DNA of 64,000 bases, taken from assembly GCA_963849325.1 (NCBI GenBank), contig CAWKHF010000005.1:640001-704000 (forward strand), read 5' to 3'. Every line of letters begins with the position of its first letter. Position 1 is the first letter of the stretch. The translations under genes and the position numbers were made by a program. Below, piece by piece: positions 36,880-46,923 of the stretch. The DNA comes from an uncultured Planctomycetota bacterium. GTDB lineage: Bacteria; Planctomycetota; Planctomycetia; Gemmatales; Gemmataceae. Under the pieces are notes generated by a model. It saw only the letters and a list, made by a program, of their open reading frames with translations. It had not been told where the DNA came from and ran no database searches.

Positions 36880-37752
36880 ATGTCATTCCGTCCGGCGGAA
36901 ACCGAGGCGTTTCGCCGCCTGGCGGCGCTGGCCCTGGAGGAAGACCTGGGATCGGCCGGCGACCCGACCAGCCAGACCCTCCTCCCCGTGGAGCTGACCG
37001 GCCGGGCCGTCCTCGTCTCCCGCCAGGCCGGCGTCCTCGCGGGACTGCCGGCCGCCGAACAGACGTTCGCTCTCGTCGATCCCGCCCTGGCATGGGAAGG
37101 GCTGCGCGAAGACGGCTCGTTGTTGCGACCGGGGGACCAACTGGCCGTTATCCACGGTCCCATGCGTTCCCTCCTGACGGCGGAACGGACGGCCCTCAAT
37201 TTCGTGCAGCGCCTTAGCGGCGTGGCCACCCTGACACGCCGTTATGTCGATGCCGTCGCTGGACTACCTTGTCAAATCCTCGACACGCGCAAGACGACGC
37301 CGGGCTGGCGGCTGTTGGAGAAATACGCCGTGCGCCAGGGCGGCGGACACAACCACCGCATGGGCCTGCACGACGGCATTCTCATCAAGGACAATCATCT
37401 CGCCGCACTGCGCGGACATGCCGATCCCATTCCCGAGGCGATCCGTTGCGCTCGGCAAAGGCACGACAAGGCCATCCCGGTCGAGATCGAGGTGGATATG
37501 CTGGAACAGCTCGATGTGGCCTTGCCGGTTCGCCCCGACATTGTGTTGCTCGACAATATGTCGCTCGCCGATTTGCGCGAAGCCGTCCGTCGTCGCAACG
37601 CCGTCGCCCCGAGTGTGCAACTGGAAGCCTCCGGCGGCGTCACGCTGGACACCGTACGCGCCATCGCCGAGACCGGCGTGGATCGCATCAGCGTCGGCGC
37701 CCTGACGCACTCGGCGCCGGCCCTGGACATGGGCCTCGACTATCTGTCATGA
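36880..37752 (+). CDS. nadC: Nicotinate-nucleotide diphosphorylase (quinolinate phosphoribosyltransferase)
   Basis: ALEED..GD.T, DTRKTTPG, NHRMGL.D..LIKDNH, LLDNM, EASGG, ISVGALTHS. Confidence 0.96.
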   Translation: MSFRPAETEAFRRLAALALEEDLGSAGDPTSQTLLPVELTGRAVLVSRQAGVLAGLPAAEQTFALVDPALAWEGLREDGSLLRPGDQLAVIHGPMRSLLTAERTALNFVQRLSGVATLTRRYVDAVAGLPCQILDTRKTTPGWRLLEKYAVRQGGGHNHRMGLHDGILIKDNHLAALRGHADPIPEAIRCARQRHDKAIPVEIEVDMLEQLDVALPVRPDIVLLDNMSLADLREAVRRRNAVAPSVQLEASGGVTLDTVRAIAETGVDRISVGALTHSAPALDMGLDYLS

Positions 37753-38621
37753 GCCAACCCCGCGAGGAATGGACCCTCGACACACGACGGCTGGGTCGCC
37801 GGGTGCTGGTCTTCGATTGCCTCGACAGCACCAATAATCAGGCGGCGCGGCTGGCGGACGATCCGGCCAACGACGGCCTCGCCATCCTGGCCGACGAACA
37901 GACGGCGGGGCGCGGCCAGCACGGACGCATCTGGCTGGCCGCGCCCGGACAGAGTGTGTTGCTGTCGATCCTGGTCTCTCCTCCGCCGGAGTTGTGCCGC
38001 CCTGCCGTGCTCACCGCCTGGGCCGCCGTCGCCGTGTGTACGACCATCCGCGCGAGCGTTGGCTTGCCGACGCGCATCAAGTGGCCCAACGACGTGCTGC
38101 TGCACGACCGCAAGGTCTGTGGCATCCTCATCGAATCCGTCGCGGGCCGACGAGCCGGGAGCGCAAGCGACCGGAGCAGGTCAACTCCGGTCGTTTGTGC
38201 TCCCGGCTCGCCTGCTTTCGTCGTGGGCATTGGCCTGAACGTCCAGCAGAGCGCCGCGACGTTCGCGGCGGCGGGTCTGCCAGAGGCAACTTCCCTGGCG
38301 CAGTTCGCGGCCAGCCCACTCGACACGCACGCCCTCGCCGCCGACCTGATTCGTCAACTCGATCGCGATTACGATGGGATCTGCCAAGGCGATCTCGGCA
38401 CGTTGGAGACGCGGTGGAAAGAACGCCTCGGTCTGCTCGGCCAACACGTTGTCGCGGAGTGCCACGACGCCAGCCACCACGGCCGACTGATCGAGCTGAG
38501 CTTCCGCGCCGTCGAGTTGGCGCGACCCGGATGGCCGCCCCTGGTACTGGCCCCCGAACGCATTCAGCATCTTGAGGAAGCCGAGGCAAGGAAGATTTTT
38601 AACCACGGATTACACGGATAA
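37749..38621 (+). CDS. birA: Biotin--[acetyl-CoA carboxylase] ligase (no N-terminal HTH)
   Basis: DSTN, QTAGRGQHGR.W, IKWPNDV, KVCGILIE, GIGLNV. Confidence 0.93.
   Translation: MSQPREEWTLDTRRLGRRVLVFDCLDSTNNQAARLADDPANDGLAILADEQTAGRGQHGRIWLAAPGQSVLLSILVSPPPELCRPAVLTAWAAVAVCTTIRASVGLPTRIKWPNDVLLHDRKVCGILIESVAGRRAGSASDRSRSTPVVCAPGSPAFVVGIGLNVQQSAATFAAAGLPEATSLAQFAASPLDTHALAADLIRQLDRDYDGICQGDLGTLETRWKERLGLLGQHVVAECHDASHHGRLIELSFRAVELARPGWPPLVLAPERIQHLEEAEARKIFNHGLHG
38151..38210. repeat. Family B REP inserted in frame in birA
   Basis: 60-bp palindrome CGAGCCGGGAGCGCAAGCGACCGGAG...CTCCGGTCGTTTGTGCTCCCGGCTCG. Confidence 0.82.
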
Positions 38622-38679
38622 CACGGATAAGACAGATTCGCTTCTTGTCTTATCCGTGTTATCCGTGTAATCCGTGGTT
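38601..38679. repeat. MITE-like inverted repeat, family E
   Basis: AACCACGGATTACACGGAT...ATCCGTGTAATCCGTGGTT; contains the birA stop. Confidence 0.88.
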
Positions 38680-38695
38680 CTATTTGTGCGGCCCT

Positions 38696-39838
38696 TTAAG
38701 GAGCGGCGACGAGCTGGAGCGCCCGGCCCGTCTGCCAGCGGTCCTCCGTGCGGAGGACTTCGTTGTAGAGCGTATCGCGCTCGACAGGGATGCGGCCGGC
38801 TTCCTCGATCAGACGGCGGATCTCGGCCACGCTCAGCTCCTGCGGCGAATCCGAACCGGCGTCGTGATAGATCTTCTCGTGGACCACCGTGCCGTCCAGG
38901 TCGTCGGCGCCGAAGCTCAGCGCCACCTGCGCCGTCTTGAGGCCGAGCATGACCCAGTACGCCTTGACGTGCGGGAAGTTGTCGAGCATCAGTCGGCTGA
39001 TCGCCATCGTCTTGAGGTCGAGCAGGCCGCTCGCTTTGGGGAGGTGCGACAGGCGCGTGTTGTCCGGGTGGAAGGCCAGCGGAATGAACGTCTGAAAACC
39101 GCCGGTCTCGTCCTGCAGTTCGCGCAGCCGGCACAGATGATCGATGCGATGGCGAGCCTCTTCGATGTGGCCGTAGAGCATGGTTGCGTTGGAGCGCAGG
39201 CCGAGCTGGTGGGCCTCGCGGTGGATGCGCAGCCAGGCGTCGGTGTCGGCCTTGTGCTCGCAGATCTTGTCGCGCACCTCGGGATGGAAGATTTCGGCGC
39301 CGCCGCCGGGCAGACTGCCCAATCCCGCCTCCTGGAACTCGGCCAGCAGGTCGCGCGTGGTCCGGCCCGTCAGGCGCGCGAACCAGTCCCACTCCACCGC
39401 CGTGTACGCTTTCAGGTGCAGGCGCGGCTGCGCCTGGTGAATGATACGGACGACATTCAAATACCACTCGTAGGGCAGCTGGTGATGCAAACCGCCGACG
39501 ATGTGCAGTTCGGTCGCCCCGCGCCGCGCCGCCTCGGCGGCGCGCTCCCGGATCTGCTCGTCGGACATGACGTAGCCCCTGGGGCTTTTCAGGTCCGCCC
39601 GGAAGGCGCAGAAGGTGCAGCGATACACGCACACGTTGGTCGGATTGAGGTGCGTGTTGACGTTGTAATAGGTGAAACGACCGTTCTTGCGCTCGCGGAC
39701 GAGGTTGGCCAGTTCGCCGAGGCTGAACAGGTCGGCGCTGTCGTAGAGGAAGACGCCGTCCTCGAAGGACAGACGTTGTCCGGCCTCGACTTTGTCGCGG
39801 ATGGCGGCCAGGCGGGCGTCGGAGTGGAGTGGGATCAT
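38696..39838 (-). CDS. mqnE: Aminofutalosine synthase (radical SAM, futalosine menaquinone pathway)
   Basis: TNVCVYRCTFCAF, HIVGGLH, PGGGAEIF, SNATMLYGHIE, HVKAYWVM, EKIYHDAG. Confidence 0.88.
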   Translation of the reverse strand: MIPLHSDARLAAIRDKVEAGQRLSFEDGVFLYDSADLFSLGELANLVRERKNGRFTYYNVNTHLNPTNVCVYRCTFCAFRADLKSPRGYVMSDEQIRERAAEAARRGATELHIVGGLHHQLPYEWYLNVVRIIHQAQPRLHLKAYTAVEWDWFARLTGRTTRDLLAEFQEAGLGSLPGGGAEIFHPEVRDKICEHKADTDAWLRIHREAHQLGLRSNATMLYGHIEEARHRIDHLCRLRELQDETGGFQTFIPLAFHPDNTRLSHLPKASGLLDLKTMAISRLMLDNFPHVKAYWVMLGLKTAQVALSFGADDLDGTVVHEKIYHDAGSDSPQELSVAEIRRLIEEAGRIPVERDTLYNEVLRTEDRWQTGRALQLVAAP

Positions 39839-39978
39839 GTACTCGTCCTACGTCGAGAAAACCGCGATTCGTGGCTTCAGCCGACATGCTACGAGGGGCA
39901 CGGCGGATTTTCCAGGCGAGCGGAATTGCCCAAAAGAGCAACCGCAAGCCGGGCGACGGCTTAACTTCCCGCGCGACC

Positions 39979-40006
39979 TTGCCGGATACGGACGATCCGC
40001 TAGAAT
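39979..40006 (+). promoter_or_regulatory. Putative sigma70 promoter of rpsT
   Basis: TTGCCG-16 bp-TAGAAT. Confidence 0.55.
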
Positions 40007-40057
40007 ACTCCTTTCCCAAAACGGGGTAATTCCGACGGAGAGCCACGGAGAGGATCG

Positions 40058-40340
40058 ATGCCGCACACGCGAAGCGCCAAGAAGCATTTGCGCAAGACCG
40101 AGAAACGTCGCCTGCACAATCGGGCCGTCAAGAGGACGCTCAAGACGCACCTCAAGCGCTTCCTGGCGGCGGTCGAGGGACCGATCGACAAGCTGCGCGA
40201 AGAGTACAACCTGGCCGCCAAGAAGCTGGACAAGGCCGCCGCCAAGCGCATCATCCACCCCAACCTGGCGGCGCAAGAAATCGCAGATGGCTCGCAAGCT
40301 GCACGAAAAGACGAAAACGCCAGCGAGTAACCCCGCGTGA
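40058..40340 (+). CDS. rpsT: 30S ribosomal protein S20, frameshifted near the 3' end
   Basis: MPHTRSAKK..RR.HNR..K, LDKAAAKRIIHPN.AA then RKKSQMAR in another frame. Confidence 0.93.
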
Positions 40341-40341
40341 G

Positions 40342-40395
40342 GAGAAGCCGCTGGCGGCTTCGCGGACAAGCAGCGCTAAGCCGCCAGCGGTTTCT
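40342..40395. repeat. Palindromic repeat, family C
   Basis: GAAGCCGCTGGCGGCTT...AAGCCGCCAGCGGTTTC between convergent genes. Confidence 0.75.
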
Positions 40396-40409
40396 CTCGT
40401 CGCCGGTTT

Positions 40410-42768
40410 TCACGCGACCGGCGCGCGATGAAAGTACCGCGACGACGGCACCGGCTCATTCCGCCCCAGCCAGAGCGTGAAGGCCGGAACCAGAAACGGC
40501 CGAACCACGAACGTATCCACCAGCACGCCGAAGGCCAGCGCGAAACCAATCTGCACCAGCGTGCTCAATCCTCCCAGCATCAGCGTGGCGAACGTGCCGG
40601 CCATGATTAGGCCGCAGGACGTGATCGTGCCGCCGGTGCGCGCCAGCGCCCGCCGCGTGCCCTCGACAAGTCCATAACGCTTCCGTTCCTCCAGTGCCCG
40701 CGTGATGAGCAGGATGTTGTAATCCTCGCCAACCGCCACGAGGATGGTGAACAGGAAGAACGGCACGCGCCAATCGACCAGTCCCAGCGGCCGACCGTTC
40801 CACCAGTGGGCCAGCAGCGTCGTCGCGCCCAGGCTGGCGTAGTAACTGAGCAGCACGGTCGCCAGCAGATACACCGCCAGCCACGGACGCCGTACCAGCA
40901 TCAAGAGGATGAGGAAGATGCCGCCCAGGACCAGCGTGTTGATGCGCAGGCGATCGCTCTCGGTGACGTGGGCGAGGTCGCGGGCGTTGACCGTGATGCC
41001 GTGACACTCGGCATGGACGCCTGCCGCGCCGGGATACTGTGGCAGTTCCTCGCGCAGCCACAACTGGATCAGCTCCAGCGTCTCGATGCTTTGCGGATCG
41101 AACGGGTCGGTGCGCGGCACGACGTCGAGGCGAGTGACGAAGCGCGGCGCCTCGCCGGCGTTGGTGGCGGGCAGATGGGCCACGTAGAACGTAGCGGCGG
41201 AGCGGTTGATCTGGTCGGTCACGTTCTGGACGACGTTGTTCCACATCGTTTTGAAGAGCGTGCCCTTCCCCCCGGGCATGTCCGGCGGCGCCGGCATGGT
41301 CATGGGACTGCCCAGGGGCTGGGTCAGACTGCGCACCTCGGCGACGTTGTCCAGCAGGGCGAAGCCGTGGCTCAGATACGAGAGAATGGCCTGGCCGCTC
41401 GGACCTTCCCAGTCGGTGGTCGATTCGAGCAAGACGGTGATCGGCCCGACTTCGCCGGCGGTGAAATGGCGCTGGATGGCGGCCAGGCCGCGAACGCTGT
41501 CGCTGGCCGGGTTCAGCTCGCCGGTGGCGCGGTAATTGGGCCGTACACCCAGGCCGACCACGGCCAGGGGCAGCAGCACGAGCACGGCCGTCGCCCAGGT
41601 TCGCGCGGGGCGAGCGACGACGTAACGGCTGATCGGACCCCAAATGCCTTCCCGCTCCGAGGCGGCGCGGCGCGGGCCGGCCACCGGCAGGCGACCGGGC
41701 CAGAAGGCGATCGGTCCCAGCAGGCGCAGCAGCGCCGGGGCCAACGTCAGCGACGCCACCAGGACTACGGCCAGGCTGACGGCGATGGCGGGCCCGCCAC
41801 AACGCACCTTGGCAAACTCGGCCAGGCCCATCAGTCCCAGGCCGCAGATGACCGTGCCGGCGCTGGCGGCCAGGGCGCCGCCGACGCCGCCGATGCTCCG
41901 CGCCAGCGCCGCCGACGGTTCGTGGCCGCGGCCCAGCTCCTCGCGGTAACGGCTGATGAGGAACAGGCAGTAGTCGGTGCCGGCCCCGTACAGCATGACC
42001 ACGGCGAAGACCTGGCTGATGTTGACCAGGCAGAAGCCGGGGATCAGCGTACACAGGGCGAGCACCTTCAGGGCCACCCACACCGAGGCGGCGATGGTCG
42101 CCAGCGGAATCAGGGCCATCACCGGAGCGCCGATGCACCAGCAGCAAAATGACGACCACGAGGATGACGGTGGCCAGCGTGGTGCTTTCCAGGCTGTTGG
42201 CGCTGGCGGCGACAAGGTCGCGGCCAATGCCGGCCGAACCCGTGACGTACACGGCTGGGGCGCCCGGCCCGGCCTCGGCGACGCGGCGGCGAACGCACTG
42301 CTCGGCCGCGTCCGCCGTGGTCCGCGTCTGAACCGCCAGGTACGGCGTACCCAGCGATACCTGGATCAGCGTGCAGTGACCATCGGCGCTGAGCAGACGT
42401 TTCCCGATCAAGGGATCGCGGTGCGAGCAGACGCGCACGATCTGCAAACCGGGGTCGCCCTGCCGCAACTGGTTGAGATCGGCGACCATGCCCTCGACGA
42501 GAGCGAGGTCGGCCGGCGTCAGCGGCGCGTCGGCCCGCTCGACGGCGACGATGAGGCGGCTGGCGAACACGTCCTGAGGGAAGGCCTGTTCGAGCAGGCG
42601 ATGGCCGCGAACACTGTCGCAGCGGGCCGGCAGGAAGCGGATGTCGTCGTCGACGGCCCGGTCGTCCCAGCGCGGCGCCACCACGCCGACGGCGCCGGCG
42701 ACGACCAGCCAGGCCAGGCAGATGAGCCAGGGATGCGACGTCGTGAAGCGCCCGAGATACTTGAACAT
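40410..42768 (-). CDS. MMPL (RND superfamily) transporter, frameshifted near 42135
   Basis: GAGTDYCLFLISRYREE, AVGEDYNILL..R, TGGTITSCGLIMAGTF, DTFVVRPFLVPA. Confidence 0.92.
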
Positions 42769-42968
42769 GGTCCGTGTCTCCCCTGGTGAGTGCGCCGCGG
42801 CCCCCGTCGCGCCCGGGTCGGAGGGCGAGACGGGGGCGATGGGGTGTTTATCACGAAGGTTGCAAGACACTGCTGGTATCTTCGGCGGGGCGAGGACGCG
42901 CCCTGTAGCGAAAGTGCAGGGTTGGCCCGGAGGGCGGCCGCCGCGGCAAAATGGGATATGAGAACAAA

Positions 42969-43026
42969 CCGAGCCGCGAGCGTTAGCGAGCGGAGAACGC
43001 CCCGCTCCCTGACGGTCGCGGCTCGG
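42969..43026. repeat. Palindromic REP-like element, family B
   Basis: CCGAGCCGCGAGCGTTAGCGAGCGG...CCGCTCCCTGACGGTCGCGGCTCGG. Confidence 0.8.
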
Positions 43027-43124
43027 AGGGCCGCGGCCGCGACTTGTTTTGCGATGACGGCGCCGGCCGGTACAATGGCGGAAGTCGCGGACAATCAGGC
43101 CACGCGGGAAGGACTCGATCAGCC

Positions 43125-44050
43125 ATGCTCACCTGCGCCTGTGGTACACGCTTCGAGGTCGATGACACACTGGCCGGTCAGGAAGTGCTCTGTCCGGAGT
43201 GCCAGCAGCCGCTCAGGGCGCCGGCCCGGCAACGTCCACCGCAGGTCACCAGCGGCTGGGCGCTGGCCAGCGTCGTGCTGGCCCTGGTTGGCGCCTTCAC
43301 CGTGCTGGGTACGGTTGTCGCCGTCCTCCTCGGCCTCATCGCCCTGGCGCAGATCGCTCGTCACCGCGAGCGCCTCACCGGCGCCGGTTTCGCCGTCTTG
43401 GGCATCGGTCTGGGCGTCCTGTTCACCGGCCTGACCCTGTTCGCCCTCTCCAGCAGCGACCTCTTTGGCCTGGAGGGTCTGGTGCGCGAGCGCACCCTGG
43501 CGCAGCAGGTCGATACCAGCGGCCCGATGGAGATTGTGCGCGGGGCCAAGGGCTTCGCCATCACACGGCCGAGCGAGAAGTGGGGACAGGTGTCGGGCAA
43601 TCAGAGCGACGACCCGGCCGTGTCGCCGTTGCAGCGCGACCGTGACCTGCTGCTGCTGCAGGCGGCCCGTTACGCTTTTCTCGACGTCCGCACCCGGCCG
43701 CGCGGCCACTTCCGGACGCTGGACCAGTGCCAGGACGACATCCTCGCCGAGTTCGAGGCGCCGCATCGGCCGCCGAGTCCCTTCGGCGAGGACGACGAGG
43801 ACTTCCAGCCGGCCCCGCGGCGCAGCTGCAAACGAGCCGGCAGCTGGAAACCCACGAGGGCGTGGAGGGCCGCGAGATGGAGGTGAGCGTGCGCTGTGCC
43901 GGCCAGTCGTGGCAGTTCGTCATTCGTCTGTATCGCCGCGGCAACGGGCCGATTTACGTCGTCCGCGCCTACACGCACAAGCGCCGCTACACCCAGAACA
44001 AGGGCGAGCTGGAACGCGGTTTGGACAGCTTTCGCATTCTGGGACGTTGA
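43125..44050 (+). CDS. Zn-ribbon + DUF4190 membrane protein, frameshifted near 43820
   Basis: CACG..CPEC; SGWALASVVL..LGLIAL.QI..G.G.A..GI.LG; promoter TTGCGA-16-TACAAT at 43049-43076. Confidence 0.7.
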
Positions 44051-44061
44051 CGGAGGAAGGC

Positions 44062-44319
44062 GTGCGAACCTGTCATTTTCACGACGACCGTCCCGGTGTA
44101 GGCATTTGCATGCGTTGCCGGGTGGTGATCTGCGCGGCCTGCTGCACGCGGCTGAACGGCGTCAATCATTGCCACGCTTGCCTCAAGGTGCTCGGCGGGC
44201 GGCGCGAGGAGGCGCGCGGCGGCGGTCTGTGGGCCGTGTCCGCGATGCTGCTGCTGGGCGCGGCGTCGCTGGTGCTGTTTGGCCTGTGCTGGGCCGTCGG
44301 CGGCTGGATGGCCCCCTAG
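44062..44319 (+). CDS. Small B-box-like Zn-finger membrane protein
   Basis: CHFH..CMRC..ICAAC..HCHAC followed by a TM helix; GGAGG RBS. Confidence 0.7.
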   Translation: MRTCHFHDDRPGVGICMRCRVVICAACCTRLNGVNHCHACLKVLGGRREEARGGGLWAVSAMLLLGAASLVLFGLCWAVGGWMAP

Positions 44320-44361
44320 CCACAACTCTTCCGAGCCTGAAGCGTAAGCGAAGGAACGACT

Positions 44362-45163
44362 GTGGACATTCGGCCGCGGAGTACGGGAGAAATCCTCGAT
44401 GATGCCTGGCGCCTGGCCCTGGCCGACGCTCCGCTGCTGTTGCTGCTCAGCACTCTGTTTTTGGTCCCGGCCTTCACCGTCTTGCTGTTGCTGTTGGCCT
44501 TGCCCTCTCCCTCGGGGATGGCGCAAGGCGTGCTGCCGGCCCTGGCCGCGGTGCTGTTGCCGCTGACGGGCCTGGCCTCGGGCGCGTGCCAGGAGTTGTT
44601 CCGCCGCCGGGCCGCCGACGAGCCGGTGTCCGCCGGCGCCTGCTTGTTGGCGGCGCTGCGGCATGGACTGGAACACGCCGCCGCCCGCGCCGTGCTGTTG
44701 TGCGGCGTCGTGCTCGGGCTGTTCCTGTTGTTCCTGCCCGGCCTGGCGCTGTGGATGAGCAGCACGTCGATTCACGCTCTGCTCGCCGCCGGCAAGGGAC
44801 GATCCGGCGCGCTGCTGCGCGAACTCCGCCGCGATGCCTCTGCCCCTGCCAAGTCCGCCGCCGTCGTCTTCTGCCGCCTGCCCCTGTTGCTGCTTGTCGC
44901 CGTCGAGCTGCACCTGCTCGGCCTGGCCGTGTTGTGGATCGCTGATCAACCTGGGCGGCTTCGACACGGCCCTGCTCGGAGTGGAGCTGACGTTCCTGGC
45001 GAACCCGGTTTACACGACGGCCCTGTTCCTGCTGAGCTGGCTGCTGCTGACGCCGTTCTTCGAGGCCGGCAATTTCCTGCTGCACACCGACATCCGCACG
45101 CGCCAGGAGGGACTCGATCTGCAATACCGCGTGCAGCGCGTCTTCGCCAGCCTTCGCGGATGA
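44362..45163 (+). CDS. Membrane protein of the MoxR/DUF4129 cluster, frameshifted
   Basis: RPRSTGEILDDAW N-terminus and D.RTRQEGLDL C-terminal motif. Confidence 0.7.
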
Positions 45164-45220
45164 TAAGGTGGCTTTGCGAGAAAACGCCGTTTGGCAACGA
45201 ACCGAACAAGCGGAGACACT

Positions 45221-46084
45221 ATGAAGAAACTCATTGAGATCCTTCGAGATGCGGACACTCACTGGGTCGGCGATGGATTCCCCGTCCGCACCCTCTTCTC
45301 GTTCCAGAGCCTCGGCCCCCGCATCAGTCCGTTTCTGCTGCTCGACTACGCCGGACCTGCGGAGTTTCCGCCCACGGATCAGCCACGCGGGGTCGGCGAA
45401 CACCCGCACCGGGGCTTCGAGACCGTTACCATCGTCTACCAGGGCGAACTGGAGCACCGGGACTCGGCGGGAAACCACGGTCGGATCGGCCCCGGCGACG
45501 TGCAGTGGATGACGGCGGCTTCCGGCGTCCTCCACGAGGAGAAGCACGCGGACGAGTTCGCCAAGAGGGGCGGTACGTTGGAGATGGTACAACTGTGGGT
45601 GAACCTGCTGGCCAAGGACAAGATGTCGCCGCCGCGCTATCAGGACGTTCCGCGCTCGACAGATTCCGACCGTCGATCTGGACGGCGGCGGCACGGGCGC
45701 GTGATCGCCGGCGTCTTCCGGGACGTGAAGGGACCGGCACGCACGTTCACGCCGGTCAACGTGTGGGACGTGTACTTGAAAGCGCGACATCCCACGGAGA
45801 TGACCTTCCCCGAGGGTCATACCACGTTCGTTCTCGTCCTGAAGGGAAAGGCGGTGATCAACGGCTCGGAAACCGCCGCAGAGGCCGGCCTGGCGATCTT
45901 CGACCGCAGCGGAGATCGCATCACCGTCGAGGCCAGCGAAAGCGCGACCCTCTTGGTCCTCAGCGGCGAGCCCATCAACGAGCCGGTCGTCGCCTACGGC
46001 CCGTTCGTGATGAACACGCAGCAGGAAATCCGTCAGGCCATCGAGGACTACCAGAGCGGTCGAATGGGACACAGGAATTCGTGA
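45221..46084 (+). CDS. Pirin family protein
   Basis: PFLLLDY, HPHRGFETVT, GDVQWMTAASGVLHEE, YGPFVMNT. Confidence 0.95.
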   Translation: MKKLIEILRDADTHWVGDGFPVRTLFSFQSLGPRISPFLLLDYAGPAEFPPTDQPRGVGEHPHRGFETVTIVYQGELEHRDSAGNHGRIGPGDVQWMTAASGVLHEEKHADEFAKRGGTLEMVQLWVNLLAKDKMSPPRYQDVPRSTDSDRRSGRRRHGRVIAGVFRDVKGPARTFTPVNVWDVYLKARHPTEMTFPEGHTTFVLVLKGKAVINGSETAAEAGLAIFDRSGDRITVEASESATLLVLSGEPINEPVVAYGPFVMNTQQEIRQAIEDYQSGRMGHRNS

Positions 46085-46138
46085 AAGATCGTCACTCCCG
46101 CGGCGGCTCGTCGCGCGGCGGAACGAAGGAATGACAGC

Positions 46139-46228
46139 ATGGAAAAAGGGAGGCTTGTCGCCTTCAGGGATGGGGTGATCGACAAGAAGCCAGGAGGCGG
46201 CTCGCCGGCATCTCGTTGCCCGCGATAA
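46139..46228 (+). pseudogene. Possible remnant of a TMEM175/DUF1211 gene 5' end
   Basis: MEKGRLVAFRDGVI resembles the MxKxRLEAFSDGVI N-terminus, then loses similarity and stops after 29 aa. Confidence 0.45.
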
Positions 46229-46282
46229 TGGAGAGTAGATGGGTTGCGCCAACCCATCTACCGAAGGATCAAGGAGATCAAC

Positions 46283-46786
46283 ATGCTCGACAATCTCGAC
46301 GTACTCAAGCGAATCGCGCTCGGTGCGGCCGGAGGATTCGCTGGCACTCTCGCCCTTCAGACCCTCCTGAGCGCCAGTCAGAAGTGGTTCCCGAGCGCGG
46401 CGCCTCCGCTTCGCCAACATCCCGGTGAGTTCATGGTCGAAAAAGCGGAGGAAGCGCTGCCGGAGCAAGTTCGCGATCGCATCCCGGAGATGGCCGAGAT
46501 GGCGGCCTCCCAGGCGCTAGGGGTTGGCTATGGTCTGACCTTCGGCGCTCTTTACGCAGTCGTCCGTCCCCGCGGAGGTTCACCCTTGCGGGATGGTCTC
46601 CTGCTGGGAGCGGCCGCCTGGGCGGCAGGCTACCTGGGCTGGCTGCCGGCGCTGGGATTGATGCGTCCGGTTTGGAAACAGAGTGCTCCCCAGGCACTCG
46701 CCCCGGCGGCCGAACACGCGGTATACGGCATGGTCACGGTCGCCGCCTACGACTGGCTGCAAGAGAATCGGATCCATGTCCAGTGA
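46283..46786 (+). CDS. DUF1440-like membrane protein
   Basis: AAGGAG RBS; GAAGGFAGT, YGLTFGALY, GYLGWLPALG, H.VYG. Confidence 0.7.
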   Translation: MLDNLDVLKRIALGAAGGFAGTLALQTLLSASQKWFPSAAPPLRQHPGEFMVEKAEEALPEQVRDRIPEMAEMAASQALGVGYGLTFGALYAVVRPRGGSPLRDGLLLGAAAWAAGYLGWLPALGLMRPVWKQSAPQALAPAAEHAVYGMVTVAAYDWLQENRIHVQ

Positions 46787-46794
46787 GGCTGAGA

Positions 46795-46923
46795 AAGGTG
46801 ACAAGGTGACAAGGTGAAATGAAGCCGAAAGACAACAGGAACCGGACGACGAGGCTCCCCTGGGTTACGCGGTGCCTGGCCTTGCTTGTCACCTTGTCAC
46901 CTTGTCACCTTGTCTCCTTGTCA
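46795..46923. repeat. Inverted octamer arrays, family G (GACAAGGT)n...(ACCTTGTC)n, overlapping the DUF4129 start
   Basis: AAGGTGACAAGGTGACAAGGTG and CTTGTCACCTTGTCACCTTGTCACCTTGTC. Confidence 0.8.
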
